Shown here: positions 53,095 to 64,000 of the stretch, piece after piece
Position numbering within the stretch: position 1 is the stretch's first letter
Layout: every line of letters begins with the position of its first letter
Assembly (NCBI GenBank): GCA_038141785.1
Contig: JAYQIT010000015.1
Span: 102,024-166,023, forward strand
Reading direction: 5' to 3'
DNA from: Luminiphilus sp.
GTDB taxonomy: Bacteria > Pseudomonadota > Gammaproteobacteria > Pseudomonadales > Halieaceae
DNA length: 64,000 nt
Made by a program: the position numbers and the translations under genes
The notes under the pieces: generated by a model
Databases searched by the model: none
What the model was told of the DNA's origin: nothing
The model's input: only the letters and a program-made list of their open reading frames with translations

Positions 53095-55506
53095 ATGACA
53101 GACGTCGTTGCAACCGAACTTCCCCTGCTCCCCCTGCGGGACGTAGTTGTCTATCCCCACATGGTGTTGCCGCTATTTGTGGGTCGCGAAAAGTCTATTG
53201 AGGCGCTTGAGCAGGCCATGGCCGGTGACAAGCAGGTGCTCTTAGTCGCCCAGCGTAACGCCGCCGATGACAACCCAGCGGTCGGCGATTTATACCAGGT
53301 TGGTACCGTGGCGAATATCTTGCAACTGCTCAAGTTGCCGGACGGTACCATCAAGGTACTGGTGGAAGGTGACTACCGAGCTGCAATCGAGTCCATGGAC
53401 GACGAGGGCGCCTACACCATTGCCTACGCTCGACAGATTGAAAGTGACGAAATCCCCCATGATGAGGGGGTCGAGTTAATTCGCAATGCCGTTGGGCAAT
53501 TTGAAAAATATGTCAGCCTAAGCAAAAAAGTGCCGAGCGAGGTGCTCACATCGCTGTCGGGCATCGACGAACCAGGACGCCTTGCAGATACCATTGCTGC
53601 TCACATGAGCGTCGACTTGGAGGAGAAACAACGCATTCTAGAAGTTGCCTCCATTCGCGACCGTCTGGACCATCTGCTTGGGCTTATGGATGCAGAAATT
53701 GACGTTTTCCAGGTGGAAAAGCGTATTCGCGGCCGCGTCAAAAAGCAGATGGAAAAAAGTCAGCGCGAGTATTATCTGAATGAGCAAATGAAGGCTATTC
53801 AGAAAGAATTGGGCGATATGGATGATGCGCCCAATGAGGTTGACGAGCTACAGAGCCGTATAGAAGAGGCCCGCATGCCCGAAGAGGCGCGTGAAAAAGC
53901 GCTTGCGGAGCTGAATAAACTCAAGATGATGTCACCTATGTCCGCCGAGGCCTCGGTCGTCCGCGGTTATATTGAGTGGATGGTGAGCATGCCTTGGCAC
54001 AAACGTAGCAAGGTAAAGCACGATCTCGGCCGCGCGGCGCGAATACTCGATGAGGATCACCACGGTCTCGAGGAGGTCAAAGATCGCATTCTCGAGTATT
54101 TGGCGGTTCAAAAGCGCGTTCGTAAGGTGAAAGGCCCGGTATTGTGTTTAGTGGGACCTCCGGGTGTGGGCAAAACCTCGCTAGGTGAGTCAATTGCGCG
54201 CTCAACCAACCGTAAATTCGTACGTATGGCGTTGGGTGGCGTACGCGACGAGGCGGAAATTCGCGGGCATCGACGTACCTACATTGGTTCTATGCCGGGC
54301 AGATTGCTGCAAAAAATGTCAAAAGCAGGGGTGCGCAACCCGCTGTTCTTGCTCGATGAAATAGACAAAATGGGCATGGACCATCGGGGGGATCCTGCGT
54401 CTGCGATGCTGGAAGTCCTCGATCCAGAGCAAAATCATGCGTTCAACGACCATTATTTGGAGGTTGATTACGATCTGTCTGATGTGATGTTTGTGTGCAC
54501 GTCCAACACCATGAATATCCCGGGTCCACTGCGTGATCGGATGGAGATTATCCGAATTCCGGGTTACACAGAGGACGAGAAACTCAGCATTGCCCAGCGC
54601 TATCTTATTCCCAAGCAGATTAAGCAGAACGGCTTGAAAAAGGATGAGATCTCTATTGACGAAGCGGCTGTTCTGGACGTCATACGCTATTACACGCGGG
54701 AGGCTGGCGTACGCGCCCTAGAGCGTGAAATGGCAAAACTGTGCCGTAAAATGGTAAAGCGCTTTGCCATGGGCGAGTTAAAGGAAGCCACTCATGTCAC
54801 ACCCGACATGCTGCCAGACCTCTTGGGTGTTCGCCGGTTCAATTTTGGCGTTGCTGAAGAGGAGAATCAGGTAGGTCAGGTCACCGGTCTCGCATGGACA
54901 TCGGTTGGTGGTGAGTTGCTAACCATTGAGACCGTCGCCGTTGCCGGCAAGGGCCGGCATGTCAAGACTGGGTCTCTCGGCGATGTGATGCAGGAGTCTA
55001 TTCAGGCAGCGATGACGGTGGTGCGATCTCGGTCACAAACCCTCGGTGTGCCTGCGGCGTATCATGAAGCACACGATTTGCATATTCACGTACCCGAGGG
55101 CGCCACGCCAAAAGATGGCCCGAGTGCGGGTATTGCCATGTGTACAGCGCTGGTAAGTGTATGCACCGGCATACCCATACGAGCCGATGTGGCCATGACG
55201 GGAGAAATTACTCTGCGCGGTGAGGTATTGCCCATTGGGTGGCTAAAAGAAAAACTGCTTGCCGCTCGTCGGGGCGGTATCAAGACGGTCATTATCCCCA
55301 AAGAAAATGAGAGAGATCTCAAAGAGATACCCGACAACATTAAGGCCAATCTTGACCTGCGCGCAGTAAAGTGGATTGATGAAGTACTCGCCATCGCTTT
55401 GGAGCGTATGCCCGATCCGCTGTCCGATGAGGAGTATTTAGCGGACATGAATGCCGTTGCAAGCCAAGATGAATCCATGGATCAATCGCGCCCACCGGCA
55501 CACTGA
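53095..55506 (+). CDS. lon: Lon protease
   Basis: LPLRDVVVYP, GPPGVGKT, PKDGPSAG. Confidence 0.98.
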   Translation: MTDVVATELPLLPLRDVVVYPHMVLPLFVGREKSIEALEQAMAGDKQVLLVAQRNAADDNPAVGDLYQVGTVANILQLLKLPDGTIKVLVEGDYRAAIESMDDEGAYTIAYARQIESDEIPHDEGVELIRNAVGQFEKYVSLSKKVPSEVLTSLSGIDEPGRLADTIAAHMSVDLEEKQRILEVASIRDRLDHLLGLMDAEIDVFQVEKRIRGRVKKQMEKSQREYYLNEQMKAIQKELGDMDDAPNEVDELQSRIEEARMPEEAREKALAELNKLKMMSPMSAEASVVRGYIEWMVSMPWHKRSKVKHDLGRAARILDEDHHGLEEVKDRILEYLAVQKRVRKVKGPVLCLVGPPGVGKTSLGESIARSTNRKFVRMALGGVRDEAEIRGHRRTYIGSMPGRLLQKMSKAGVRNPLFLLDEIDKMGMDHRGDPASAMLEVLDPEQNHAFNDHYLEVDYDLSDVMFVCTSNTMNIPGPLRDRMEIIRIPGYTEDEKLSIAQRYLIPKQIKQNGLKKDEISIDEAAVLDVIRYYTREAGVRALEREMAKLCRKMVKRFAMGELKEATHVTPDMLPDLLGVRRFNFGVAEEENQVGQVTGLAWTSVGGELLTIETVAVAGKGRHVKTGSLGDVMQESIQAAMTVVRSRSQTLGVPAAYHEAHDLHIHVPEGATPKDGPSAGIAMCTALVSVCTGIPIRADVAMTGEITLRGEVLPIGWLKEKLLAARRGGIKTVIIPKENERDLKEIPDNIKANLDLRAVKWIDEVLAIALERMPDPLSDEEYLADMNAVASQDESMDQSRPPAH

Positions 55507-55626
55507 TTGACCATATTCGGTTGACCGAGCGAGTGCGCTCGGTCTATCCTGCAAGGGAATGCAGAGGTGCAAGGCCTCAACACAAAAAAACCAACCTAGC
55601 CAGATAACACTCAACGAGGTTACTAC

Positions 55627-55905
55627 GTGAACAAAAACGAACTAATTGACGCAATCGCCGCGGAAGCGGATCTCTCAAAAGCATCTGCAGGTCGTGCGCT
55701 TGACGCGGCTATCAGCGCTATTACCGGTGCGCTGGCCAAGCAAGACACGGTTTCGCTGATCGGCTTTGGAACGTTTTCTGTCAAACACCGCGCTGCTCGA
55801 GAGGGTGTTAACCCTCGCGATCCAAAGGGTCCAAAGATTCAAATCAAAGCCGCTAACGCGCCTAGCTTCAAGGCAGGTAAAGCACTGAAAGACGCAGTCA
55901 ATTAA
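55627..55905 (+). CDS. hupB: DNA-binding protein HU
   Basis: [27 protein letters not shown]; lon-hupB-ppiD synteny. Confidence 0.95.
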   Translation: MNKNELIDAIAAEADLSKASAGRALDAAISAITGALAKQDTVSLIGFGTFSVKHRAAREGVNPRDPKGPKIQIKAANAPSFKAGKALKDAVN

Positions 55906-55949
55906 AGAACTCGGGGCCGTCTTGCGCGGCACTGAGATGTTCGGTAAAC

Positions 55950-55975
55950 AGGCGCTTAACTAGCGCCTTTTTTTT
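55950..55975 (+). terminator. Terminator after hupB
   Basis: AGGCGCT-TAACT-AGCGCCT plus T-run. Confidence 0.8.
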
Positions 55976-55993
55976 CTTGTATTGGTATTCAAC

Positions 55994-57871
55994 ATGAGTC
56001 TTCAATCTCTTCGTGATGGCACCCAAAGTAAGGCCGTTAAGGTTCTTATCGCCTTAATTATTTTGTCCTTTGCCGGTTTCGGTTTGGAGTCGCTCCTAGT
56101 CGGTGGCTCTGGTACCTCGGTTGCAGAGGTTAACGGATCGGAAATAACAACCCAGGAGCTTCAGGTAGCCATTGAGAACCAGAAGCGGCAACTTGTACAA
56201 ATCTTTGGTGACAACATTGATCCAATGATGCTCGATGATGAGCGCCTGCGGCCGCGCGCACTCGAAAGCCTGATTGATCGGCAGTTACTACTGCAGGAAG
56301 CACAAAGTCGCGGGTTGGCGGCAACCGATTCAGCCATTGGGCGCATCGTAGCGAGCGTCGATGCGTTCAAGGTAGATGGTCGATTCAATCCCGATCAGTA
56401 CAAGGTCGTATTGGCTAATGCCGGCTTAACACCAGAGCGCTTTCGTCGGTCACAGGCTCAAGAACTTTTATTGAGCCAACTTGAGAGGGCGGTCATCGAA
56501 AGTGATTTTCTCACCCCCGTAGAACTTGAAGCGGCGGCCGATGTCACGGCCGAGGAACGCGATGTTCGATATTTGCTCGTGGACGAGCAAACACTCAGAG
56601 ATGCGGTTGACGTCGCAGAAGAGTCAGTAAAAGCGTTTTATGAGGCGAATCAGGCAAATTACGTTACCGATGAACAGGTCATTGCTGAGTACGTTGTCCT
56701 GAGCGTTGACGACTTCAGGGCACCTGTGGACTCGGCGGTGCTGGACGAGCAATTTGAGTCGGTGAAGGACGAATACCAGGTCAGTGAGCAGGCACTGGTC
56801 AGTCACATATTGCTTATTCGGGGCGACGAAGAAACGGCTACTGACTATGCCGGTCGTGTTGAGCAAGTGGCGCAACAGCTTGCTGCTGGTGAGGATTTTG
56901 CGACCCTTGCAAAGCAGCTCTCCGATGATATCGGTTCTGCTGCGATGGGCGGCGAGTTGGGCTTTACTGATGGCACCGCATTTCCTGAGCCCATGGAAGC
57001 GGCGATTGCCACGTTATCAACTAGCGAGATTTCGGATGCCGTCGTCACCGAGGCCGGCACGCACTTTATTCGTCTCGATGAGCGTATTTCCGGTGAAGAA
57101 GCAGACTATGCAGCACTGCGATCTGAATTGGAGGAATCGATTCAGTTGTCAAATGCGCAGCAGGAGTTACTCGCTGCCGTTGACACCCTGCGAGATCTGA
57201 GCTTTAACTCAATTGATCTCAAGGGGCCCGCTAAAGCCCTGGGGGTCCAAGCTCAGCTGTCTGCGCCGATTAGCCGAACATCGGGAGCGTCGTTGTTTGC
57301 CTCGCCAGCTGTTAGGGCGGCAGTGTTTTCAGATGATGTTTACAGCTTGGGGAATAACAGCGAGGTGTTGGACTTGGGCAATGACCAATTTATTGCCGTA
57401 CGCGTGGCCGAGAAAATTGCACCCAAGCAGCTCGCCTTTGAGGAAGTTGCCGATGGTATTCGTGCGTCCTTGGAGGCAAAAGCCCTTGCGTCTCAACGTG
57501 ATGAGGTGGTTGAGGAAATACGGGGTTTGCTGCGCAACGGAGGCTCGGTGGAGAGTATAGCGGCGGAAAAAAGCTGGGAGTGGCGCGTTGAGCTGAATGC
57601 GCGCCGCTCAGGTAGCTTGCTGCCACGAGAGGTCGCTGAAGCGGCATTCACCTTGGCGTCGACTGAAGATGTCGACTTAACATCGGTCAGCTTACCGGGC
57701 GGCCAGCTGGCTATTGTGGAATTAGCTGATGTTAGTGCCGGCTCGATTGCCAATCTTTCCGTAGCCGAGCAGGATGTGATGACTAAGCAGCTAGCGTCAT
57801 ACAAGGGCCAGGTAAGTGCGCTGGAATATCGACGGGCCTTGCGAGCCAATAGCAATATTATCACCCGCTGA
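55994..57871 (+). CDS. ppiD: Periplasmic chaperone PpiD (SurA-like N-terminal domain plus parvulin domain)
   Basis: N-terminal TM, VAEVNG.EI, SHILL, FATLAKQLSDD.GS..GGELG. Confidence 0.9.
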   Translation: MSLQSLRDGTQSKAVKVLIALIILSFAGFGLESLLVGGSGTSVAEVNGSEITTQELQVAIENQKRQLVQIFGDNIDPMMLDDERLRPRALESLIDRQLLLQEAQSRGLAATDSAIGRIVASVDAFKVDGRFNPDQYKVVLANAGLTPERFRRSQAQELLLSQLERAVIESDFLTPVELEAAADVTAEERDVRYLLVDEQTLRDAVDVAEESVKAFYEANQANYVTDEQVIAEYVVLSVDDFRAPVDSAVLDEQFESVKDEYQVSEQALVSHILLIRGDEETATDYAGRVEQVAQQLAAGEDFATLAKQLSDDIGSAAMGGELGFTDGTAFPEPMEAAIATLSTSEISDAVVTEAGTHFIRLDERISGEEADYAALRSELEESIQLSNAQQELLAAVDTLRDLSFNSIDLKGPAKALGVQAQLSAPISRTSGASLFASPAVRAAVFSDDVYSLGNNSEVLDLGNDQFIAVRVAEKIAPKQLAFEEVADGIRASLEAKALASQRDEVVEEIRGLLRNGGSVESIAAEKSWEWRVELNARRSGSLLPREVAEAAFTLASTEDVDLTSVSLPGGQLAIVELADVSAGSIANLSVAEQDVMTKQLASYKGQVSALEYRRALRANSNIITR

Positions 57872-57879
57872 ATGGTCTG

Positions 57880-58485
57880 GTGAGTCTCAAGAACGCAACT
57901 GGGTCTGATTCGCTGCGTCAACTCGCGGCCGCCGTAGGCGTCCCAGCTGACGCCACCACTGTTCAGATAGACTCGGTGACCGGCCGAGGCATGCCACCGA
58001 TTGAACGGTGGAATCCGCCTTTTTGCGGCGATATCGATATGGAAATTCGCGGCGACGGCAGTTGGTGGCATGAAGGTTCGGCCATTAAACGCCAGGAATT
58101 AGTGCAGCTCTTTGCGAGTATCCTGATGCGTGCTGAAGATGGCCATTATTACCTGGTTGACCCCCGTGGAGAAGGTGCGAATCCGTGTCGCCCTACATCC
58201 TTTATTGGTGGTTGACGCGGAGCCCGTGCTTGGGAGCAGCCCAGAAACATTGATGCTCACCCTTAACACTGGGGGCAAATTCCCTCGATGGCTGCCGTCC
58301 ACTGGCGACCGAGCCACGGGCTGCAGACGCCGCTTATATCTCGTTGTCACGGGGCCTGACAGCGCTTTTCTCGCGTCCAGCATGGTATCGCTTGGTTGAG
58401 CGTGTCGACGAATCTGGGGCCATTCACAGCGCAGGGGAGCGGTTCTCGCTCTTGTAGGCTGGAATCTCCAGCTCAGAAAGCCCAA
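57880..58485 (+). CDS. DUF1285 family protein (frameshifted; end approximate)
   Basis: PPIERWNPPFCGDIDMEIRGDGSWWHEG..I.R..LV.LFASIL, TPVEKVRI. Confidence 0.8.
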
Positions 58486-58581
58486 ACCGGTGCAAAGCTA
58501 CGCTGCTATAAGGACAAGGCCACCGCATCAGCCCTCGATGTTGAGGGTGACGTAGCGGCCTAGGGCGTGCTGCGCAATGGT

Positions 58582-60229
58582 TTACATATTGGGGTAGTTA
58601 GGCCCACCAAAGCCCTCGGGCGTCACCCAGGTGATGTTTTGTGAGGGATCTTTGATATCGCAGGTTTTGCAGTGCACACAGTTCTGCGCGTTAATCTGAA
58701 AACGTGGCCCGGTATCATCCTCAACAATCTCGTATACCCCTGCGGGGCAATAACGTTGAGCTGGCTCGTCATAAAGAGGTAAATTCTGCCCGATGGGAAT
58801 GTCCGGATTTACCAATGTCAGGTGGCAGGGCTGATCTTCTTCGTGGTTGGTGTTAGACAAAAATACCGACGACAATCGATCAAAGGTTAGGGTGTTGTCG
58901 GGCTTTGGATAAGTGATCTTGGCTGCCTCTGAGGCCTTTTTTAGGCAAGCATAGTCAGGCTTGGCATCGTGGAGCGTAAAGGGTAAACGCCCCCCAAAGA
59001 TATTTTGATCGATCCAGACCATGCCGGCGCCTAGCATGTAGCCGAACTTGTGCATGAAACCCGAGAAGTTACGCGTTGTGTAGAGCTCTTTACCCAACCA
59101 CGAGTTCTGTACGGCGCTGGCGTAGTCCGTTAAATCGCTCGGAGGGGCCTCTTGAGCCAAGGCAGACATGATGGATTCAGCAGCCAACATGCCGCTCTTC
59201 ATAGCCGTGTGGTTACCCTTAATTTTTACGCTATTTAGCGTACCAGCATCACAACCAATAATGAGCCCCCGGGGAAGTGCATTTTCGGCAGCGAGTTAAA
59301 GCCGCCTTTGGCAAGCGCACGCGCTCCGTAAGCTATGCGTGTTGCACCCTCTAGGTACTTTCGGGTTTCAGGGTGGGTTTTCCAGCGTTGGAATTCTTCA
59401 AACGGGCTCACGTGTGGGTTGGCGTAGTTGAGATCGGTGATTAAGCCTATATATACCTCGTTGTTCTCGGCGTGGTACATAAAAGCGCCACCCGAGGAGT
59501 TACTTTCTGCCAGTGGCCAGCCCAACCCATGGATGACTTTGCCTTGTTCGTGCTTGGCTGGGTCAATTTGCCATATTTCTTTAATACCAATGGCGTAATG
59601 CTGCGGGTCTTGCCCTTCGTCTAAATCAAAGCGGCTAATTAACTGTTTGCCGAGGTGGCCTCGACATCCTTCTGCAAACAAGGTGTATTTGGCGTGCAGT
59701 TCCATGCTGGGCACGTAACTGTCTTTTTGCTCGCCCTCAGCGCTCACGCCCATTTCACCCGTTGCAATGCCTTTCACCGAGCCGTCATCGTGATACAAGA
59801 TTTCGGCGGCAGAAAAACCGGGGTAAATCTCTACGCCAAGACCCTCGGCCTGCTCGGCTAACCAGCGGCAAACGTTAGCCATGGAAACAATGTAATTGCC
59901 GTGGTTGTGTGTGGGCTTGGGGATTAAAAATTCGGCAATTTAATCGCCGACTCGCTGCCGGTGTAAAAGAAGAAGGTATCGTCAGTGACCGGCGTATTGA
60001 GTGGAGCGCCTAGGTCTTGCCAATTGGGGAACAGTTCCTCGAGAGCCTTGGGCTCGAGGACAGCACCTGAGAGGATATGTGCACCCACCTCGGAGCCCTT
60101 TTCAACTACGCACACAGTGGTTTCGCGTTCTTGCTCTTGGGCCAATTGCATGATTTTGCAGGCGGCAGAGAGCCCTGCAGGGCCTGCACCTATGATGACG
60201 ACATCAAATTCCATTGACTCGCGTTCCAT
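58582..60229 (-). CDS. Electron transfer flavoprotein-ubiquinone oxidoreductase (two frameshifts)
   Basis: [45 protein letters not shown]. Confidence 0.95.
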
Positions 60230-60522
60230 GACGCTTTCCTCGTAATTGATTAATTAGCTGGGCTCAAGACAAAAGGTTGACGGTCGAGTAACCTTTTTGA
60301 ACTTTGAGTATGTTACACTAGCGCGCCGTGTGGGTGGGTGAGTTTGCTCTAGCCTAAATGGTGTAAATCCGGCTCACCGACAGGCCAAAAGCCTGTCAAA
60401 CCCTTGTACCTTGGCGCGAGTGCCGGTAAAAAGGCACCCCACAAACTAAAGTTTATCAAATTACGTAACCGCGGAACATCTAAACGCGGTGCAACCTTTG
60501 CCCAAAAAATGATGGAGAGGCT

Positions 60523-61276
60523 ATGAAAGCACTGGTCGCAGTGAAGCGGGTTGTTGACTACAACGTCAAAGTCCGTGCCAAAGCCGACGGCTCTGACGTC
60601 GAGCTCAATAATGTCAAAATGGCGATAAACCCATTTTGTGAAATCGCCGTTGAAGAGGCCGTTCGACTCAAAGAAGCAGGCACTGTTTCCGAGATTGTAG
60701 TGGTATCGGTTGGCGACAAATCTTGCCAAGAGCAAATTCGAACGGCGTTAGCGCTAGGCGCCGACCGCGGTATTCACGTAGAAGTGGATGGCCGCCCCTG
60801 AGCCTTTGGAAATTGCCAAGCTTCTAAAAGGTGTTGTCGAAAAAGAAGCACCGCAGCTCGTCATTCTTGGTAAACAGTCGATTGACGGTGACAACAACCA
60901 AACAGGGCAGATGCTTGGCGCCTTGGCGGGTATGCCTCAGGGTACCTTTGCTTCAGAGATCAAGGTTGATGGCGATAAGCTCAACGTGACTCGCGAAGTT
61001 GATGGTGGTTTGCAGACCTTGGCACTGACGTTGCCCGCTATCGTCACGACCGATCTACGCCTGAACGAGCCACGGTATGCATCGCTTCCCAACATCATGA
61101 AGGCGAAGAAGAAGCCGCTCGATCTCACCACGCCAGAAGAGTTAGGTGTAGCAATCAGCACGCACGTTACGCAAGTGGGCGTGGCACCACCGCCCGAGCG
61201 CTCGGCGGGTATCAAGGTTGAGGACGTCGCTCAGCTGGTAGACAAACTCAAGAACGAAGCGAAGGTGATCGGATGA
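60523..61276 (+). CDS. etfB: Electron transfer flavoprotein beta subunit (frameshift ~60795)
   Basis: [39 protein letters not shown]. Confidence 0.95.
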
Positions 61277-62203
61277 AAACATTAGTCATAGCAGAACACG
61301 ACAATGCAAGCGTCAAACCTGCCACATTAAACGCAGTGGCCGCGGCGCAGGCGTTAGGTGGTGATATTGATATTTTGATTGCGGGCGCAGACTGTGCCGC
61401 CGCTGCCGCAGAAGCAGCTACCATTGCCGGTATTGGTAAAGTACTTTGCGCTGACAATGGTGCCTATGGCCATCAGCTCGCCGAAAACGTTTCGCTACTG
61501 ATTGCCGACGTTGCCGCGAGCTACGACAACGTTGTGGCGCCCGCTACCACTAATGGCAAGAACACCATGCCCCGAGTGGCTGCTCTACTGGATGTCGCAC
61601 AAATTTCCGACATTATCAGTGTGGAAAGCGCCGATACCTTCACGCGCCCAATTTATGCGGGTAACGTCATTGCCACGGTGCAATCATCGGATGCGAAGAA
61701 GGTTATTACTGTGCGTACAACAGCCTTCGATGCCGCTCCCGCGGAAGGCGGAAGCGCCTCTGTTGAGGCAGTTGACGCCGTGCATGATGCGGGCGTGTCG
61801 GCCTTTATCAGTGAAGAAGTTGCCGAATCAGATCGCCCCGAACTGACTGCCGCATCGGTCGTCATCTCGGGTGGTCGCGGTATGCAAAATGGCGATAACT
61901 TTAAGCTCCTCGAGGGCATTGCAGACAAGCTGGGCGCGGCTATTGGTGCGTCGCGGGCGGCAGTCGATGCCGGCTTTGTACCCAATGATTACCAAGTCGG
62001 CCAGACCGGCAAGATTGTGGCTCCCGGATCTGTACATCGCTGTAGGCATTTCAGGTGCAATTCAGCATTTGGCAGGTATGAAAGACTCTAAGGTGATTGT
62101 GGCGATCAATAAGGACGAGGATGCTCCCATCTTTCAGGTAGCTGACTACGGATTGGTGGCCGACTTATTCGCGGCGCTACCCGAGTTTGAAGCCGCGCTG
62201 TAA
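61273..62203 (+). CDS. etfA: Electron transfer flavoprotein alpha subunit (frameshift ~62025)
   Basis: [37 protein letters not shown]. Confidence 0.95.
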
Positions 62204-62226
62204 AAGCTAACGCAACGTTTATATCC

Positions 62227-62251
62227 AAGCCGGCCTAGCGCCGGCTTTTTT
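62227..62251 (+). terminator. Terminator after etfA
   Basis: AAGCCGGC-CTAGC-GCCGGCTT plus T-run. Confidence 0.8.
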
Positions 62252-62318
62252 GTATCCGTTGCCTGGATGCGGATGAATGTTTTTCGGCAGGCCAGGGCAT
62301 ATCGGTTGGTATCTCCCG

Positions 62319-64000
62319 CTAGACCTCAAACTCCACGAGTAAATCTTTGGCATCAATTTGACTGCCGGGTTGAATATGGACCACCGAGACAACCCCATCT
62401 TGCTCGGCACGAATAGATGATTCCATTTTCATGGCTTCTATGGTGAGCAATAAATCGCCCGCTTTCACGTCTGAGCCGCTTTGTACGGCAACCGTGACCA
62501 CCGCGCCGGGCATGGGGGCGCCAACATGCGATTTGTTGGTGGCGTCGGCTTTAGGGCGTTTGGTTTTGGTGGCGAAAATGGCCTTGTCTGCGACACGGAC
62601 CGTTCGCGGTTGTCCATTGATTTCAAAAAACACTTTCACGATGCCTTCGTCGTTGGGCTCTGACGTTGTCAGGTGACGTATTTCCAGTGTCTTTCCCGGG
62701 TCTATTTCCACCGAAATTTCCTCTCCCGGCTGCATGCCGTATAGGAATACGTCGGTGGGTAACGTTCTCACCGGCCCATAAATCTCGTGGCGCTCCATAT
62801 AATCCGCAAATACTTTGGGATACATCAGATAGCCATAGAGATCTTCATTATCGATAGCCTGGCCGGTGAATGTTGTTTTTAGATACTCGCGGGTAGCGTC
62901 AACGTCTACCGGTTCAGCCAGCAGCCCGGGCCTGTCGGTGAAGGGCATTTCCCCCTGCAAAATTTTTGCTTGAATAGCTTTGGGCCAGCCCCTGGTGGTT
63001 GACCTAAGCTACCACGCATCATGTCAACCGCGCTGTCGGGGAAAGCCACCTCGACATCGGGGTCTGCTAACTGCGCTTTGCTGAGCCCCTGCGACACCAT
63101 CATGAGCGCCGTGTCGCCAACGACCTTGGAGGAGGGCGTTACTTTAACAATATCGCCAAACAGTTGATTCACATCGGCATAGGCCTGGGCCACCTCGTGC
63201 CAGCGTTCTTCGAGCCCCATTGAGCGCGCCTGCGCCTTGAGATTGGTGAACTGTCCGCCCGGCATTTCGTGCAAATACACCTCGGAGGCCGGAGCCTGCA
63301 GGCCCGACTCATAGGCGGCGTAATGCGCGCGCACCGCTTCCCAGTAATTGGAGATTTCTCGTATGGCACTGATATCAAGGCCGGTATCGCGATCGGTATG
63401 CGCGAGGGCTTCGACGAGTGACCCGGAGCGTGGGTTGTGATGTGTTACCTGATAGCGAGTCCATGGCTGCATCAATGGCGCTGACACCCATTTCAGCGGC
63501 AACCAGACAGGTGGTAATTGATGCCCCCGAGGTATCGTGGGTATGAAAGTGAATGGGCAGTCCAACTTCTTCTCGCAGTGCCTTGAAAAGCGGTTTAGCC
63601 GCAGACGCCTTCAAGAGCCCCGCCATGTCTTTAACGCCCAGAATGTGGGCGCCTGCATCCCGCAACGCCTTGCCCATGGCGACATAGTAGTCTAAGGAGT
63701 ACTTGGCGCGATTGGGATTGAGGATGTCGCCGGTGTAGCAGATGGTGCCCTCACATAGCCGGTTGTTTTCGAGCACCGCATCCATTGCTACACGCATATT
63801 CTCAACCCAGTTTAGGCTGTCGAAAACGCGGAACACATCGACACCGGTATCGGCTGCTTGCTTCACAAAACCGCGGACTACATTGTCGGGGTAGTTGGTG
63901 TACCCCACGCCGTTAGCACCCCTAAGTAACATCTGTAACAGTATGTTGGGTACCTTTTGCACGGATATTTCTCTGACGTTGCCATGGACACTCATTTAAG
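62319..64000 (-). CDS. pyc: Pyruvate carboxylase, C-terminal carboxyltransferase and biotin-carrier part (partial, frameshifted)
   Basis: QMLLRGANGVGY, KDMAG, HFHTHD, EMPGGQFTNL, KVTPSSKVVGD, EAMKME. Confidence 0.92.

Noticed and set aside
55231-55250. Lon LPIGWLKEK instead of LPIGGLKEK beside the catalytic Lys
   Set aside because: Explained by a local base transposition in a G-run (GGGTGG versus GGTGGG); probably an error.

Overview
Chromosomal window of a gammaproteobacterium. Gene content suggests a marine Cellvibrionales/Halieaceae-like organism, which is inference only. Many genes, including housekeeping ones (uvrC, rne, rluC, tig, etfAB), are broken by single-base indels, so most frameshifts look like long-read or assembly errors; coordinates of split genes are given as the joined span. 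Core blocks are lpxK-kdsB-murB-uvrC-pgsA-tRNA-Gly-tRNA-Cys (1-5 kb) and tRNA-Ser-rne-rluC-maf-yceD-rpmF-fabD-fabG-acpP-fabF-pabC-mltG-tmk-holB-pilZ-tRNA-Leu-tig-clpPX-lon-hupB-ppiD-etf-pyc (35.6-64 kb). They flank a ~30 kb more variable region. The best candidate for an undescribed system is at 10.6-16.5 kb. A CarH/LitR-type MerR regulator without a recognisable B12-binding motif, but with a Cys/His-rich C-terminal domain, is divergent from an atypical RpoD/RpoS-like sigma factor with an altered region 2.3/2.4. Next to them are a class III photolyase, a class II sirtuin and a TIGR01777 gene. The intergenic DNA has 11-bp-phased TnnACA repeats, and three promoters share an ECF-like ...CGTA motif. 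Also seen: two unannotated gene remnants (a cyclase fragment and a TetR/acyl-CoA ligase deletion scar), an RtT-like tRNA-Ser-linked repeat, a bacterial Nav channel, a HiPIP and an HU with an altered arm tip. No CRISPR array, integrase or transposase was found.
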